From assembly GCA_040954595.2 (NCBI GenBank), contig CM082586.2, forward strand, positions 7,595,337 through 7,659,336: a stretch of 64,000 bases of DNA, written 5' to 3'. Position numbers and translations under genes: made by a program. Shown piece by piece: positions 50,166 through 63,954 of this stretch. Position 1 is the first letter of the stretch. Each line of letters begins with the position of its first letter. The notes beneath the pieces are model-generated. The model was not told where the DNA came from. It searched no databases and saw only the letters and a program-made list of their open reading frames with translations. The DNA comes from Balanoglossus misakiensis (Eukaryota; Animalia; Hemichordata).

Positions 50166-53100
50166 AATGTTTCTGGTGAGTACACGTGTTTTTGATTTAC
50201 ACAGTGAAGTTATTTCCAACCAGCTGATTTCTTCAGTTATGATTAGCACATAAATGCGTGTAGTTTCCTCAATTATACGAGAAATTTTAGGGGGCAGCAG
50301 TTACTTCGTCCCCAAGAGAACGGGCCTTTGTGTAGGTTCCGTAGCGTAGCATTCGTACCCTCGTAGTCCAATGCTCCGAGGGCGAGGTATCCGATGATGG
50401 TATGGGAACACAGTCGCTATGGGTGTGAATATGAATGGGACAGTACCCGTAGCCTTACGAGTACAGTTACATGTAAACTGGATGTTTACGCCGGTGAATG
50501 TGTTGTGTCTCACTTGTTTCTAAGACAACGCAGTCACCAGCTGTCTCCCAGTTTACATCATGTGACTGTGCCTCCGAGTACATCCTACATGTACATGTAG
50601 TTGCAGTTCAGTAGCCAAGGGTTTTGCCTTGGTTTGTGTGTTAGACGGCAACATCAGAGCAACATTACGACATTCTGACAGCGTGTGTTGTGTACTAAAT
50701 AATAGGTAAATAGATAAATAAATAAATATTAGAGGACCATTTATGAAAATGATGGAGGGATTGTGACTGGAGGCACAGAGGCTGGATGTTTTGCCATATG
50801 TGCATTGGAGGAGGAGGGGGCTGTTCAAAAAGGGGAGGGTAATAAAACTAGAATGGGAGAGAGTGAGCATCAGCAAGCATATGCCTGTTGAATGTTTTGT
50901 ATCAGTGAATATGTCTCAGTGCTCATCACAGCTCACTGAGGGCAGTACATCCATCATCAGGGACAAAGTCTCTCTCTCGTCCTTTTTCCATTAAGTACTG
51001 TATGTATGATATGAGAGTAAAAACTCGCCCAAAATGAATAAATGGTAGAGACCGATTATTCATTTTGGCGAGTTTTTTTCACTCAATTTACCTAATCTTG
51101 CATTAAATCGCAGAATTTTTCTTTCAAGTGGAGAAAAAAATTGGGTTGGTGGGGGTGTGGGTGGAATACAATTAAATAAGCATATGCTGATTTCTAGTAT
51201 TTGTGATACATGTATGGTAATTAAACATCTTTTTGTCTTACAGGGGTCCATAAAATTTTGAAAGATCGAGACACAGGCTGGTCCGAGAAGCTTCAACTTG
51301 CCAAGTTTGCATGGACTTCTGATCAGTGTTACATCCCAAACAAACAACAAGTTTTACTAGACTGGGTGTCAAGCACTATTGCCAACGCTCACCAGTAAGT
51401 CAATCAGAAATGTGTTATTGTCTTCAAGCTTTCAGGGTCACTGGTCAGCCGTGATCTTCAGAATGAGCTCAAGTTGTTTCTTTAATGTGACCTTGTTATA
51501 TGTACTTTTCATGTATTAATTCAATTAACTCTCTGTCTGTTTTTCCCTATCTAGATATGCTATACCTGATGACATAAGAAGGGAACTATGGAAATATATC
51601 TCTTTCATTCTTCAGAGTGAGAGTTGTAAGACAAGTGGAAGTGAAAGATTGTCTCTAAAAGCAGATTTTGGTCAGGTAATGCTAGACGTAGACTGCCAAA
51701 AATTGATTGCTCATCCCAGCAGATTCCTTGTTTGGGTTACTGATGGAATGACTCTGTCCATCATTGTTTTATCAGTTGATCTATAGCTCCTTGCAGTTGT
51801 ATGATTCAACCAAAAGTATAATGTGAGGTAAATTCATTATTCTATTCATGTACAAAAGCCTCTGCACTTACACCGTATTTATTTGTCATGGTGCAGATGA
51901 TATATTTTTTAGGCTAGATTTCTGTGTTTTTTGTAATAAGTCACAAAATGGTTTGTCAACAACAACAACAACAACAACAATAATATACTGTTTCAAATTG
52001 TTTCAGGTCTTAATGGATCATTTACAGTCATATATGAAAGACCAATCCATGCACCATTCATATCTGCAGTACATTATAAGCTGTTGTCTTTCTGTACTCA
52101 CCTGTCCAAGTTTGGTCGTCATTCTGTCTGTCAACTTCCAAAAATGTGTAAGTACCAAGAATATCTTTGATATTCAACCTATCAATCATAGGCAAAGCAA
52201 ACAAATGTGTAATTCTGATAACACAATTGGTCAAAATCAGGTTGAAAAGACTTAGTATTTTTTAGATTTGACGTTTGCGTATGCATGAATTTAGTTTTGA
52301 ATATTTCCTTCTTGAAACAAGGCTTGTATTTGTTAAAAGAGTGGTTGCTTTCTTTGAAAATGTAAAGGTATTATATAAAGTCGTTGGAATTATAATAAAT
52401 TGTTTTTAACAGAAGCATTCTTATCTTTAACAGGTTGAGTTCACTGTTTCAGTGGTGATGTTAGCTGTTAGTTTCTTCAAACAGAGCACAGAGAAGTCGT
52501 GTGATGTTCATATCTTGCTCACTGCTACTTTGAAAATGTACGGGAATATACAAAGGCAACAAGCAAATCAGAGACAGGTTGGTTAGATTTTGAACTTTGA
52601 CCCAAGTCTATGATGATGTATACATTTGTATTTCACATAGATTGGACTTGTAAATGTTTGGAGAGTGTATAACTAGAAAAGTGGCCAGTGTCACCAAAAA
52701 GATGTGATTTTAAATTACAAGCCAAATGTCATGTTAATTTGATTTGAACAGAAATAGGTACAGCCATTTCTTCTTCCTTTACACAGGTATTTACAGCAGT
52801 TTATTCCAAGCTGTTGTTGCCATGGTTACAGTTGCACTCCGCTGTCAATGCATCAGAATGCTCAACAAAAGAAGACATCTTGAAAACTACAGAAGGCTTG
52901 GTGACAAGTGGATTATTTCATCGGTAAATACCAGAGAGCTATCTCACTTAAATAGACCATTCTAAGTTCAAATGTATAATCTTGAAAATAATTCAAAAAT
53001 TGGCAACTATTTGGGCTTTAGATACATCATGTTGTTTTATAAAACATTAGAAAGTACATACATGTATATTTTATTTCTTGACTACCATCACTACAGATCC

Positions 53101-56100
53101 CTATTTATTTGTCCCGGAATTATCCGGCAAACAAGGTATATAGCAATTAAATATGGTACTGGAAATTTCCAGCACTCCAGGTAGTCAAGCAGTTAAAGAG
53201 TGTTGTTTGCTACCATAATACTGCTAATGTTTTCATTTATGCCATCATTTTCTGTCTTTCAGAGATCATCTTGAAGCATTGACCGCTTATTTGAACAATC
53301 AGAAGTCTGGCAAAAAAGGAAAACATGCAAAGGCAGACACAGACATGATTGACAACTTCTTCAAATTTATTCAAGATGCCATTCACTCGGAGGAAAGTTC
53401 CAGTCTGATGCATCGTGGGATAGTTATTCTTTATCAAGGATTTCTTTCTACACAAAGGTGAACAGAATATTTCATAGTAAAGCATTTTTTCCCTTTATTT
53501 TTTTTCCTTCATCACTTTGGTTTATGATGCGATACAATCTGGTAGATGAAGCCATTTTGTTAAATTATTTTTGTCTGCGGCCATTACTGACATGCCTGAA
53601 TGTATTTTCATTTGAATTTGACGCACAGACAATCACTCTGTTTTATGATACAATCTAACATGGCTGACAAGAGATGGGATCTAACCAGTCTTCATGTTAT
53701 CCTGTTTGACATTCTTCTTTATTTCAGATCCTCGGATACCAAAGATTTTGCCATGTTTCGTAAATTGTCGGCCGTGATAGGCTTAACGCCAGCGCTCCTG
53801 GAAGAACCTCCTGAAGACCAGAGTATAAGATGGAACTTGACCTTGAGTAGCCTTGAGAGATTGTTGGAACTGAGGGTCCAGTTTGATTTATACAGTGCAA
53901 GGGACGACAAGCACCAGGGATCTGTGCAGTTTCAGTGGTATCAGCAATTGTTGGATGTGCTTGTGAAATATCCACAAAGGTACAAACAAGTTTTGTTATG
54001 AATAGCAATGAAATATGGGGACAAAGGTGCTATAGTGATCTTTCATGTTGTGACCAGGATAATAATAATCATGATTGTTTTTGTACTAGGAAGTGATCTA
54101 TTTGAAAAAAAGTCTGTTTGATTCCATCACAACATCTCTAAAATCATTTTTCGATTAATAGGCAGTTAAACATGCACCCAAATGACATCATTGAGTAATG
54201 GAGAGAAACACACAGACACTTATAGATATACAGGCAGCATTGACATGCTGATATACTGTGTGGTTTAATGGTCTTTAGAAAGTGTAAGTGGACCAAGAAA
54301 CTTTGTTAGATGATAAATAAACAGAGCCTATATAAATTTGAAATAATTTTTTTTCTGTGAATAGGCAGCTGGCATCCTGGTTCACGTGTTTGCGAGTGTT
54401 ACTGGGAATGAATCATAAAATCCTGGATGGAAAGCTGACTGTGATTTGGCAGACGATCTTGAGTGAAGTGCAAGACTGGAACACGGATGCAAGAAGCACT
54501 CATGATGGTCTTGTGGGAGATTTGGTTGATACGTACACAAAACTACACCAGGTAAGGACGCTGTTGTAATTAGATGTGAATAGGGAAACAAGCATATGAG
54601 GCCTGCAAATAGCCAAACATTTATCATGTACCCCTCTGAAATTAATAGATATGCAGAAGTCTTTCATTGTGGTTAAATTAAAATTTAAGTTTAATGTGTG
54701 ACGAGTATAACCAGCAAAGTTTTTACAGTGTTTCGCAGTCTGTACAATACTGTGGATATAGCTGAAAGATTGCTCAAAGTTTGACCTTTTGATCTCAGCA
54801 AGGGCTTTAATTTTGGCAAACCTGTATTCTAGGAGAAAGGCAGTCACTCCAGATAGAACTCTGGTCTAATAGTTCTTGGAGATATAACATTAACATCATT
54901 CTGCATTTCACAAGAATTCTTTAACAAATTTCACTGAGAAATGCAACTTTCAGTGCCATGTTCATGTTGTGTACAATGATTGTAAAATTTATTTTGTGAT
55001 TTCTAGTTTGATAGAATGTTCCAAAGTCTTCTTCAAGGCATGAGGTCAAATGAAAACATAAATGCATCCTTATCTGTGTGGAAAAGTGTGCAAACCAGGT
55101 GAGTGTTTATGGTATTGAAGAGGACAAAATAATAAATGCCCTAATATCTGTGTCTTTTCACATTATTTTCTTTAACTTCAATTTCAAGCTAAAGTTATGG
55201 GCAACAAGATTTGTATCAGTTCGTGTAGACATATGGAACAAAACCATCTTTGAACCAGTTCTGTTATTTTCAAATTATACTGGGGCAATGTGCCCTATAA
55301 GCCAATACTGATGTAACGAACTCACTGGGGAGACCGAGGCAAGAAAATTATGCATATTATATGTATTGAAAAGGTGTTGAGCTGATCCAGGAAAAAATTT
55401 CGAAATTTTTCAAATTGACTCGAAGTTTTTGAAAATCATGCTTGTGAGAGTACACCTTTTACAGGGGTAATGACATTAATCAATTTAATTATACAAACCT
55501 TCTTTGTATAGCTGGACAAATTTTCACAATTTTTCCTTTCATGGTTCAATTTTATTGCAAATTTGTTTTTGCAAATCATATTCCATTTATTGCTTTCAGC
55601 TGAACTCATACAGTTATAACATATATCACTAGGATTTTTTTGTCTAACTGTAAACATTTTTATTTTTTTGCAGGTGTTGTGATAGTGTCCATGCACTATC
55701 ACCTAGTCTGATGTTGGACATCTGGGCAGACTTGATCACTGAAATATCTACATACTACCTTCCCAAAATCAACTTCACAGAGACTGAAAAGCCAGCGAGG
55801 AAAAAGATGAAGAAAAGTCGGCAATCCTGTCCAAAAGTAGATGGAGAATACATCGTACCAAATCAGCTTGAAACCATAGTGTTCTTACTACATGGTTACT
55901 TGTGTCAGTGTAATCTATCGGAAGGATTCACGGCAGTCATATCATCAAGAATGGAAACACTGATGGAAAGAATGCAAAATACTATTTTGGTACCGATTAT
56001 TGAAATCTCTACTCGAGGTGAACAGGTATGTACTTGTCAGTTCGATGAATCTTTGAGTGGGACAAAGCCACAAACTTTTGACATTATACTTCTTTTAGTT

Positions 56101-59100
56101 TGATATTGTATCAAAATATAGAAACATTTTCCATGTTACAAGTTTACAAAAGTGGTTTTCCAAAAGTTCCAACACTCAACACGTATCACTGTATCCAAAC
56201 ATAACAAATGATTACCATTCTAATTTATGTTTAATTTTTCCTGTTATGACAGTTGCCATCCAGTTTGTCGCAATCCACCTTGCTGCTTTTTCACTGCTAT
56301 GGCCAAATACATCTGTTATTGAAGGTCCATAGGATGTATTCTCAGAGTGATTCCAAAGTGTTTGAGAGTCTGGAGGATGAAATTCCTTTCTGGGATTTCA
56401 ACCACGTCTTCCCCTTTGTAAAGACTGGACAATGGAAAGCATTACATCAAAAATCAGACAAGAATGACTTAACGACAAGATACTACTTGGTAAGTAGAAT
56501 CACCAGTGATTTAATGACTTTAATGTGAAAGTGTGTTTGCTTCTTCTAGCATCTTTGAACATTTAAGAATTTTATTCCTGATCAAGTGGAAATGATGTTG
56601 TTGACAGAAACCAGTATCTTTCATAGTTTGTCCTAACCAGAGTTCTCACTTTAGAGTCATGTGTCCATCTGAAAGTGTTATAGTAGATACCCTGGTCTGA
56701 GAAATCAGTTTCTGTCAAAGTTTATAAAAGCTCAAAAACAAACACTGCAGACCTATCTTTTGCTAGCAAGTTCTCTCTTTTCATGAGCCCTTTAATAATT
56801 TTAATGTCTATTTATAGGAGTTGCTCAACATACAGAAACTTCAAACATTACTCATCTCTGGGTCTTCTTCTGATGGATTTCAACAAAGCATCAAGAATGT
56901 GGTAGACTTCATTTGCACTTTGCTTGATGTGGTGACAGAACAGGATTCCAATGCATTGTGGGATGGCCAGGTAGAGTATATTATACAAAGATAGAAATTC
57001 TCTTGAACTTGGCAAATTTCATAGGAATCTGTTCCATTTTAAGCAACATAGTTTTCTTGAAGGAAAGAAACAATTCATGAACATGGAACATTCAAAAATA
57101 TTTTGTCCAAATGACTTTGAAAATTATCCAAATACTTTTTTCTGGACACAGTGTGAGAGATTTAGAAACCTCAACACATTCTGTTGGTAATTGTCATATC
57201 AGTATGTTTAATTTTTACACCAGATTTTTCTCAAACTATATTGAAAACACAATGCTCTCTGTTGTTGTATCTAGTATAAGTTTGACTTTGAACTTGCAAC
57301 TCATTTTATTTGAAAGAGTCACAAAATTAAATGTGCTATCAACATTGAATCTCTTATTTCAACAGTTATCACAGATATGCTATCCAGTAGCTCACTGGGA
57401 TCTGATCTGTTCAAATATTATGCTATTGTTACCACATTGTGACTCCACTCAAATATCTCAGCTGGTGTCATATATGGTGGAAACTCTTGCTTATTGCCAT
57501 GGAGACATAAAACAGCAAAGGTAGGTCAACAAAAATTTACCTTAGTAGCTTGCTACTGCAAGAGTGAATTTGACATTACCGCTCTTTTCTTAGCAAATAG
57601 AAACATCAACACATCATTCTGTGTCTAATTTTTGCTTGTCCGGAATAATTTTTTAGACATGCCTGTTGCTTTTGGTTGTTGGTAACCCCAGACAAACCAT
57701 GTCATACACATACATTTTGTACACCTCAATTTTTTCTGTGGTAGGCTATTTTATTTATTTTTTAGTCTGTGTCCAATACCTTGTTCAGTTATTGCAAATT
57801 TCTTCCAAATGAACTACAGTCAGATTGTAGGGGCTGTGCCATTAACAATGCTTTCTTCATTTGCCAGGACCTTGTATGCAATATCACGTGATTTACTTGT
57901 AAGTGAAAATTTCCAAGAATCCATAGATCTGCAGGTTTCTATAATAACAGAGGTCTTTAAAGAAATTGAAAACATCCTCAGTAGGTAAGTTAAAACATTC
58001 TTAGCTAGCATACATTAATCTATATTGTCTTCATTTGTAAAATGTTGATATCAACACTCACACCACTTGCACACAAGTCTATTTACATTTACATTCCTGA
58101 TGTTTTTTTTTTATTTTTTAAACTTTAAATGCATTCTTGTAGAAACAAGTTGAAATCCAAATGGAAAGAACCTCTATCTTTGTTGATTTCCAAGGAGATA
58201 CCCTGGTCACAACAAGCATATACCAGACCAAGGTAAATCTACCGTATTTCTTTTATTTACAGCACTTCCTGTGTTTATAGACAGAACATGTAAATGTGTA
58301 TAAAAGAAGTAAAAATGCGATTACCAAAATGTTGAAAGCGAAGTTCACTACTTGACTTGAGGTCAGAGCTCTCTTGTCCCACAAATGAGAAAAAAATTCC
58401 CCTTTTTGAACTTATGCGACAAGCTGAGACAGTCTCTTGGCTCTGCTGTATGAGTTACCCTGTTTACATACATGACTACATGTTGGATGCATTATTGACT
58501 ATCCTACCTGTCTGAAAAACGTTTGTAAAAATCATAGTCAAGTAACCACCAAGTTTTGATTTTTCAGGTTGATAGCCAAAGAGGAAACAGAATTTGAAAC
58601 TGAACAGGACATAGGATCTAGCAAAGAATTGGAGCTGAATGAAAGTTGGCAACAAATAAAAAAGATCGCTGTGGCACTCAATCTTGTGATGGACGGCAAG
58701 AAATCTGGACATTGTCAAATCGAGACATCAGATCTCAATAAATTGCTGGCTGTTTTACAGGTAAAGTTTATCCGTCAGGTTGATCTTGTCTTAAATTTGT
58801 TGAGGGAAGGCATCAAGATATTTGTGTTTATCAGCACATTAGAATGAAGCTCCCAACCATTGTGATCCAACGGAATCATTAAAGTGAAGGGGTCGTCGCG
58901 CCGCGTTTGTTTTTTTGATAGACATTAGAATTCACCCACAAATCCCTGAAATTAGACAATTTTTAGAATGAACGAAACAGCATACCGTAGACTGGGCATG
59001 ACAGCAACTGAAGATTCTAGAAGGCTGTGGCGACTGCAGTGGGGTTTGCGCTGGCGTGAGAGGACATATTCTCATCAAGGGGGACACCAATGTGGCGTGA

Positions 59101-60955
59101 CGACAGTTTCCCTTTAAAAGATAATGGATATTATTGGGTTGTGTTCATGATCTCTGTGCGTCATCTTTCTACCAGATTGTATGTGAACTGAAATTAGAAT
59201 ATGAAACGCCCAGCAACCAATCAAGATTCATCCTGGGATTCCTGACACTCCAGCAAGTTCTGAATCATGCGCTATCCCAGAAGTCATTGCAGATAACGAC
59301 CCTCTTATCAAAATGCAACGACATACTTTGTCGTCTGCTACGAGAGGGGACACGAAATGTTATTTTTGACTTCATCGATGGTGGAAGTTTGTTGTTGTCT
59401 TTGGTTCGGCATGTCACGTCAGCATTGCAACTTGTAAGTATTAAATTCAAGCTTTTACTTCTGGCAGCATTAACATTTCTAGGACTTTGATAATTGACAG
59501 AAGACTACAATTCCTGAAACCGCCCATTTTGAAATGTTCATGGGATTTCTTGTTCTCTTCTCTCTTCAGATCGGTGATTCTGGTGAGGCAGCTGAACTCA
59601 GAGTAACTTACAAGACGTCTTATGATAAGTTGATTGGAACCATTCTGAGAAAATTGTACAGAATTCACAATTGGGCTTCACATTTAGATTCATTCATATC
59701 ACAGGTGAGGACAGAGTTTTTACTTTTGTGTGTGTATGAGCAACAATTAAGAGCATAACTTTCCTTGATCATTTTAGAGTTTGTGAGAAAAGAAATATAT
59801 TCAGGATGTCTATATGTAACTATCGTATTATTCTTGATAATATTTTATTTGTTTGCAGTTGGCGTCATTACTACAGGAAGTCAACTCAGAATTGGAGACT
59901 CTACCCAAGAGTGAGGTGAAATCTGTTGAGCCTATTCTCTCTGTATCAGCTGTAATTCTGCGAGATCTGATAACAATTTCAACAAATGCTGGCGACCAGA
60001 TCAGTGGGTTAGTGAAAACACACTGTCGGAATCTCCGAGCAGCATTGGTGGCAGTGTTTCAGTCAGTGCTGCAGAAACTTCCCTCGCCCATGATGAGCGA
60101 GGGTTTCTCAGAATTAGTGATGGTTGCCACGGTAACGTTAAAAGCCAGGCTGGAAGAGAGTGACGCCGTTTTGACCCCTTCCGAGTGGCAGACTTATGAT
60201 CCTCTCCTGGAGCAGTTAATGTCTTCCCTACAAATGCGCGGAGCAACGAGAAACACAGAACTTACGCAGAGCGTGGAATTCCTTACCTTGATTTGCAAAT
60301 CGAAAAACTCTCTCAGGGAATGTTTGAAGGAGGATTTTCTGAAGACGGTGTGGCACGTCATCAAGAATTTGTTTGAGCATTCAGAGGAGACCGACCAAAC
60401 CACAGTTGAGGCACAGACTAGAATTGAAGAGTTGACTGAAACTTTTCTGAAATCGGTGGATGCTGATCAATTAACCAGTATTTTGTGGAATTCTTCAGAA
60501 ATGCTTGTAAGTAGCACATGGAATAAAGGAGCCCTTTATCACCCAGCAAAGTCTCAAAGTGTAACAAGCAATTATCAATACAGACAGTAGTTGTCTAATT
60601 TAACATCTGTTTTCTTCTTTTGGTCAATCAAATGGCACCATGTACATGTACGAGTTGCTGTTAAAAGATGTCAAGCACTTTGTGACCCCCCGTAAGTTCT
60701 CCAAACGGCCACTTTCTTAGAGTTTGTTTGGTCTAGATTATACTACAACTCAAACTAGCGATGACTTGTCATGCAAAGTGTTGTGGTTATACCTACCAGT
60801 AATACCAGTGTACATTGCGTATTCGTTGCAGGAAAAATGTGAGAACAACCCTCGTCAGTCTGTGTCAGTCCTGGCAATCTGGAAGGTAATAGTAAAGACA
60901 GGATTTCCCAATGAAAGCCACAGCATATTGAAAAACTCTGTACCAAGGGTAAGTC

Positions 60956-61051
<96 letters not shown>

Positions 61052-63420
61052 GTCAGTCAGTCAGTCAGTCAATCAACCTGTTTATTTACCATCAGAACGC
61101 CCAAGTCAGTTGGTCATTGTTGGAGTGATATGAATTTGCATCAAACCATGACATGAGTTAGCAGAACTGATAGATATGATTGACATTGATATGTAGACCC
61201 ATGCTTTCAACTTTGATACAATCCACCTTATGTATTTCCTTATTGTTAGACTTGATACTACTAACATTTTATCATAACCATTTATTTTCTCTCTTCTCAC
61301 AGATAACTGTTGCCACAGTCACATTATTGATGACTGTCAGAAGACATGACAATCTTACGTTGTTGCTTTTAGAATTGTTGGATCTAGTTCTGTCAAAGGT
61401 AAATTTTATGATAGCTATTATCTTGAAGGATGATTTCTTCCACAGGGGTTGTGAATTAATTGATCCTGTTGATTTTTTTCATGTGCGTATCTTCCCAACT
61501 CAGATGCTTCAATAAGTTATTTTGGCAATCACAAACATTGTTCAGTTTCTCTAAAAACAGTGTCTAAATCTTGACTGTATATCATGTAGGCTTTTTGGGT
61601 CGATCTGCACAAAAAGCCTGTATTTTGAATCTTAAGTTTTGTTCTTGACGCCGTGACCTTTAGTAGAAACAAAATCACTTACCTATGACATCATTGTCTT
61701 TAAATTGGAGCTATCTGGTTGGTCTTGTACCTACTTATGCATATCAATTTATGACATCATCTCGTATGGTCAGAAGTCATTCATAATTAAATGCTTTATC
61801 ATCCAAGAGAGAGCAATAAGGTATACTTTGTGTTGAATGATATTTCTGTTTAATTCCAGAGATTGGCTGAACCCAAAATGGTGCTGCATATTCTCCATGG
61901 TTGCTTATCAGTGTCTCTAGATGATGTGACAACTGAACAGTTTCCTCGGATTTTCAGTGCAGTGTGTAATGTGCTGAATTCTATGTTGCTGCATTATTCC
62001 AGGACAGTGCTGACTGCACTGCCAAGTTATTACACGTGTATATCTCATATCCTTTACATGACAGTATCAATCTGGGCTTCTAAACACAAGTTGTTATCAG
62101 AAAAGTACTAGCTTTAAATAATTGTTCTCTGTGGACCAAATAAATGGCCTACTGTGATTTTTTTAATCTCCCATGAACAGAATCAGATACTGAAATGTTG
62201 TATTCCTAAAGTCTATAAAAAAGTTGCTTAAAAGCGGCATGTTTTTAGATGTGGTATCATTACTGTGAAAATTCATAGTACAAAATATGATTGAAAGGAC
62301 TTACCGGTATATGGTTCATTCTTGGCAAACAGTAATTTTGAAATGGACCACATTTCTACAATGTCAGGTTTCCTTAATTATGCACACAACTTCTATCCTG
62401 CATCAGAAAGGAATGCAAAAATATAGAAACTGAAGGTAAAAATGATGCAAACAAGGAAGAGATTGACGGTGGTGTTGATAGGACCATTGGGTGTATTCAA
62501 CAGGTTGACAGGTAAGCATGGACATGGACACCATAAAGGATGTGCTCTTCACCCGTATTCATTAATTTCTGCATTGTCATTCTCAATCCCTGATTCTTGA
62601 CTCAGTAGGTACTCCACCCAATCAGACACAGCCTTAATTTCAAAGTTTGGGTTTGCATCAACTATAAGATTTTCAGGAACTTTAATTATCACCTGAAGTA
62701 TACTCCAGTGCATACATCTGTGTGGGCAAATGTAAGCATAGTTTGAAAATAAATTTTATGATAATTTCCCCAAAGTTGCAACTCATGGTGGGACCATGCA
62801 AGCAAGGCTAGTTGGTAACAAGTTATTTTACATGATTTAACAAAGGATTCCTGACAGAGTTAGTGGTAATATACATGTCTGGTAAATATTCTTTTTCTCT
62901 TCTGTGTGTAGGTTGTTAAGCACTCTTGCAACGCATAAAGTTGAAGTGTGCAAAGTAGCTCCATTTCTGGTTGCAGAATATGTCAGTCATATGCAGAGTG
63001 TTTCATTGCATCCACAGATTATGGTAAGTAGGTTCAGCCCTCTATCCACAGCTTACATCGCTTTTGCCTCGAGTTAGCTGTCTTTTGGCAGTGCAGTCTG
63101 AGTTACCAAGACTACGTGTTTTGGTCCTTTCCCCCCGAGGTCCAAAAACCTATTTTCTCATGTACTCGACTTTGTTCTGTGTGCTTTATTGGAACACAAG
63201 AAAAAGCATAGAATTATTAGATTAAAAAAAATAAAGTAAAACCATTTTGTTTTTTGATTTACAGAAATGTTCCACCTCTGGAATGAACACATTATTGGAC
63301 ATGTGTGACAAGAATGGTATTGCATGTGTACAAGCATCATTGCCAAGCAGACTGAAGGAAAATTTCAAATCACATCATGCAGATTTTGATAAGCATTATA
63401 AGTTCAAAGGAAAAATTTAA
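50154..63420 (+). CDS. URB2: URB2 / Npa2 ribosome biogenesis protein, 26 exons, about 1523 aa
   Basis: Exons: 50154-50175, 51244-51394 (KLQLAKFAWTSDQCYIPNKQQVLLDW), 51555-51675, 52007-52147, 52434-52577, 52787-52923, 53263-53457, 53728-53979, 54365-54551, 55007-55098, 55674-56025, 56253-56489, 56818-56970, 57366-57520 (YPVAHW), 57868-57984 (in-frame alternative acceptor 57820), 58143-58232, 58568-58760, 59176-59433, 59570-59704, 59859-60506, 60832-60948, 61303-61398, 61860-62046, 62388-62511, 62912-63023 (APFLVAEYV), 63265-63420 (KHYKFKGKI*). All phases are compatible; N- and C-termini match URB2/Npa2 as I recall them. Confidence 0.9.
50959..51085. mobile_element. Foldback MITE family C, internally deleted fragment
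   Basis: AGGGACAAAGTCTCTCTC plus the central CCAAAATGAATAA...TTATTCATTTTGG hairpin. Confidence 0.65.
58879..59117. mobile_element. TTAA-flanked MITE in URB2 intron
   Basis: TTAAAGTGAAGGGGTCGTCGCGCC / GGCGTGACGACAGTTTCCCTTTAA imperfect TIRs; GC-richer than the host intron. Confidence 0.6.
60958..61075. repeat. (TCAA)n/(TCAG)n microsatellite
   Basis: Tandem run starting about 10 nt after a URB2 donor. Confidence 0.95.
62047..62387 (+). other. U12-type (minor spliceosome) AT-AC intron in URB2
   Basis: 5' site ATATCCTTT at 62047; branch TTTCCTTAAT at 62369-62378; AC at 62386-62387; restores frame ...TCIS-Q-LLSCIRKE... Confidence 0.88.
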
Positions 63421-63895
63421 AAATGGACTGAAAATTTACTCTTTCCAAAATGGAAGAACAAACATGCACGAAGGTTATTGCATAAGAGGGGTTCTAAAAA
63501 GTGACAAGTGAAAATTGTAAAATTATTATAACAAACAAATAGTGGCGTCTCATTTATTCCTGTCTACCAAAGCAATCTCTCTTGCTTGAAAATGAGGTAT
63601 ACAAACTTGCAGAGAACATAAGCTGTTATTTTTGATGATATTTGCACCATTTGATACAGCATATTCTCAACAATTTCATGGTCTATTCCCTACAATGATG
63701 AGCCTTCAGCTGGTCATGACCGTTTATATATGTATTACAAGGAATATTATTGTTGTTACAAAGCGAGTCCATAAGTAAAATGCATGTACTTGATCTGTCC
63801 GTGGTGCTGTTTTGGTGATAGACTGAGAGATTCAGTCATTTATGTGCGCTCTACAGCCTCCTGAGGTTGAACTGCCATTCTTTTATTACAAAGTG

Positions 63896-63901
63896 AATAA
63901 A
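63896..63901 (+). terminator. Candidate URB2 polyadenylation signal
   Basis: AATAAA about 480 nt after the stop, followed by ATTAAA and a T/GT-rich tract. Confidence 0.5.
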
Positions 63902-63954
63902 TCAATTAAAAACAATATTTTGTGTATGTTCACATTTTCTTATGGTATACAGAT

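Noticed and set aside
52600-56700. Intronic C/D snoRNAs in URB2 (ATGATGA near 52610; ATGATG...CTGA near 56593-56672)
   Set aside because: No convincing C/D pair with a terminal stem or rRNA-complementary guide; needs snoscan or Infernal.
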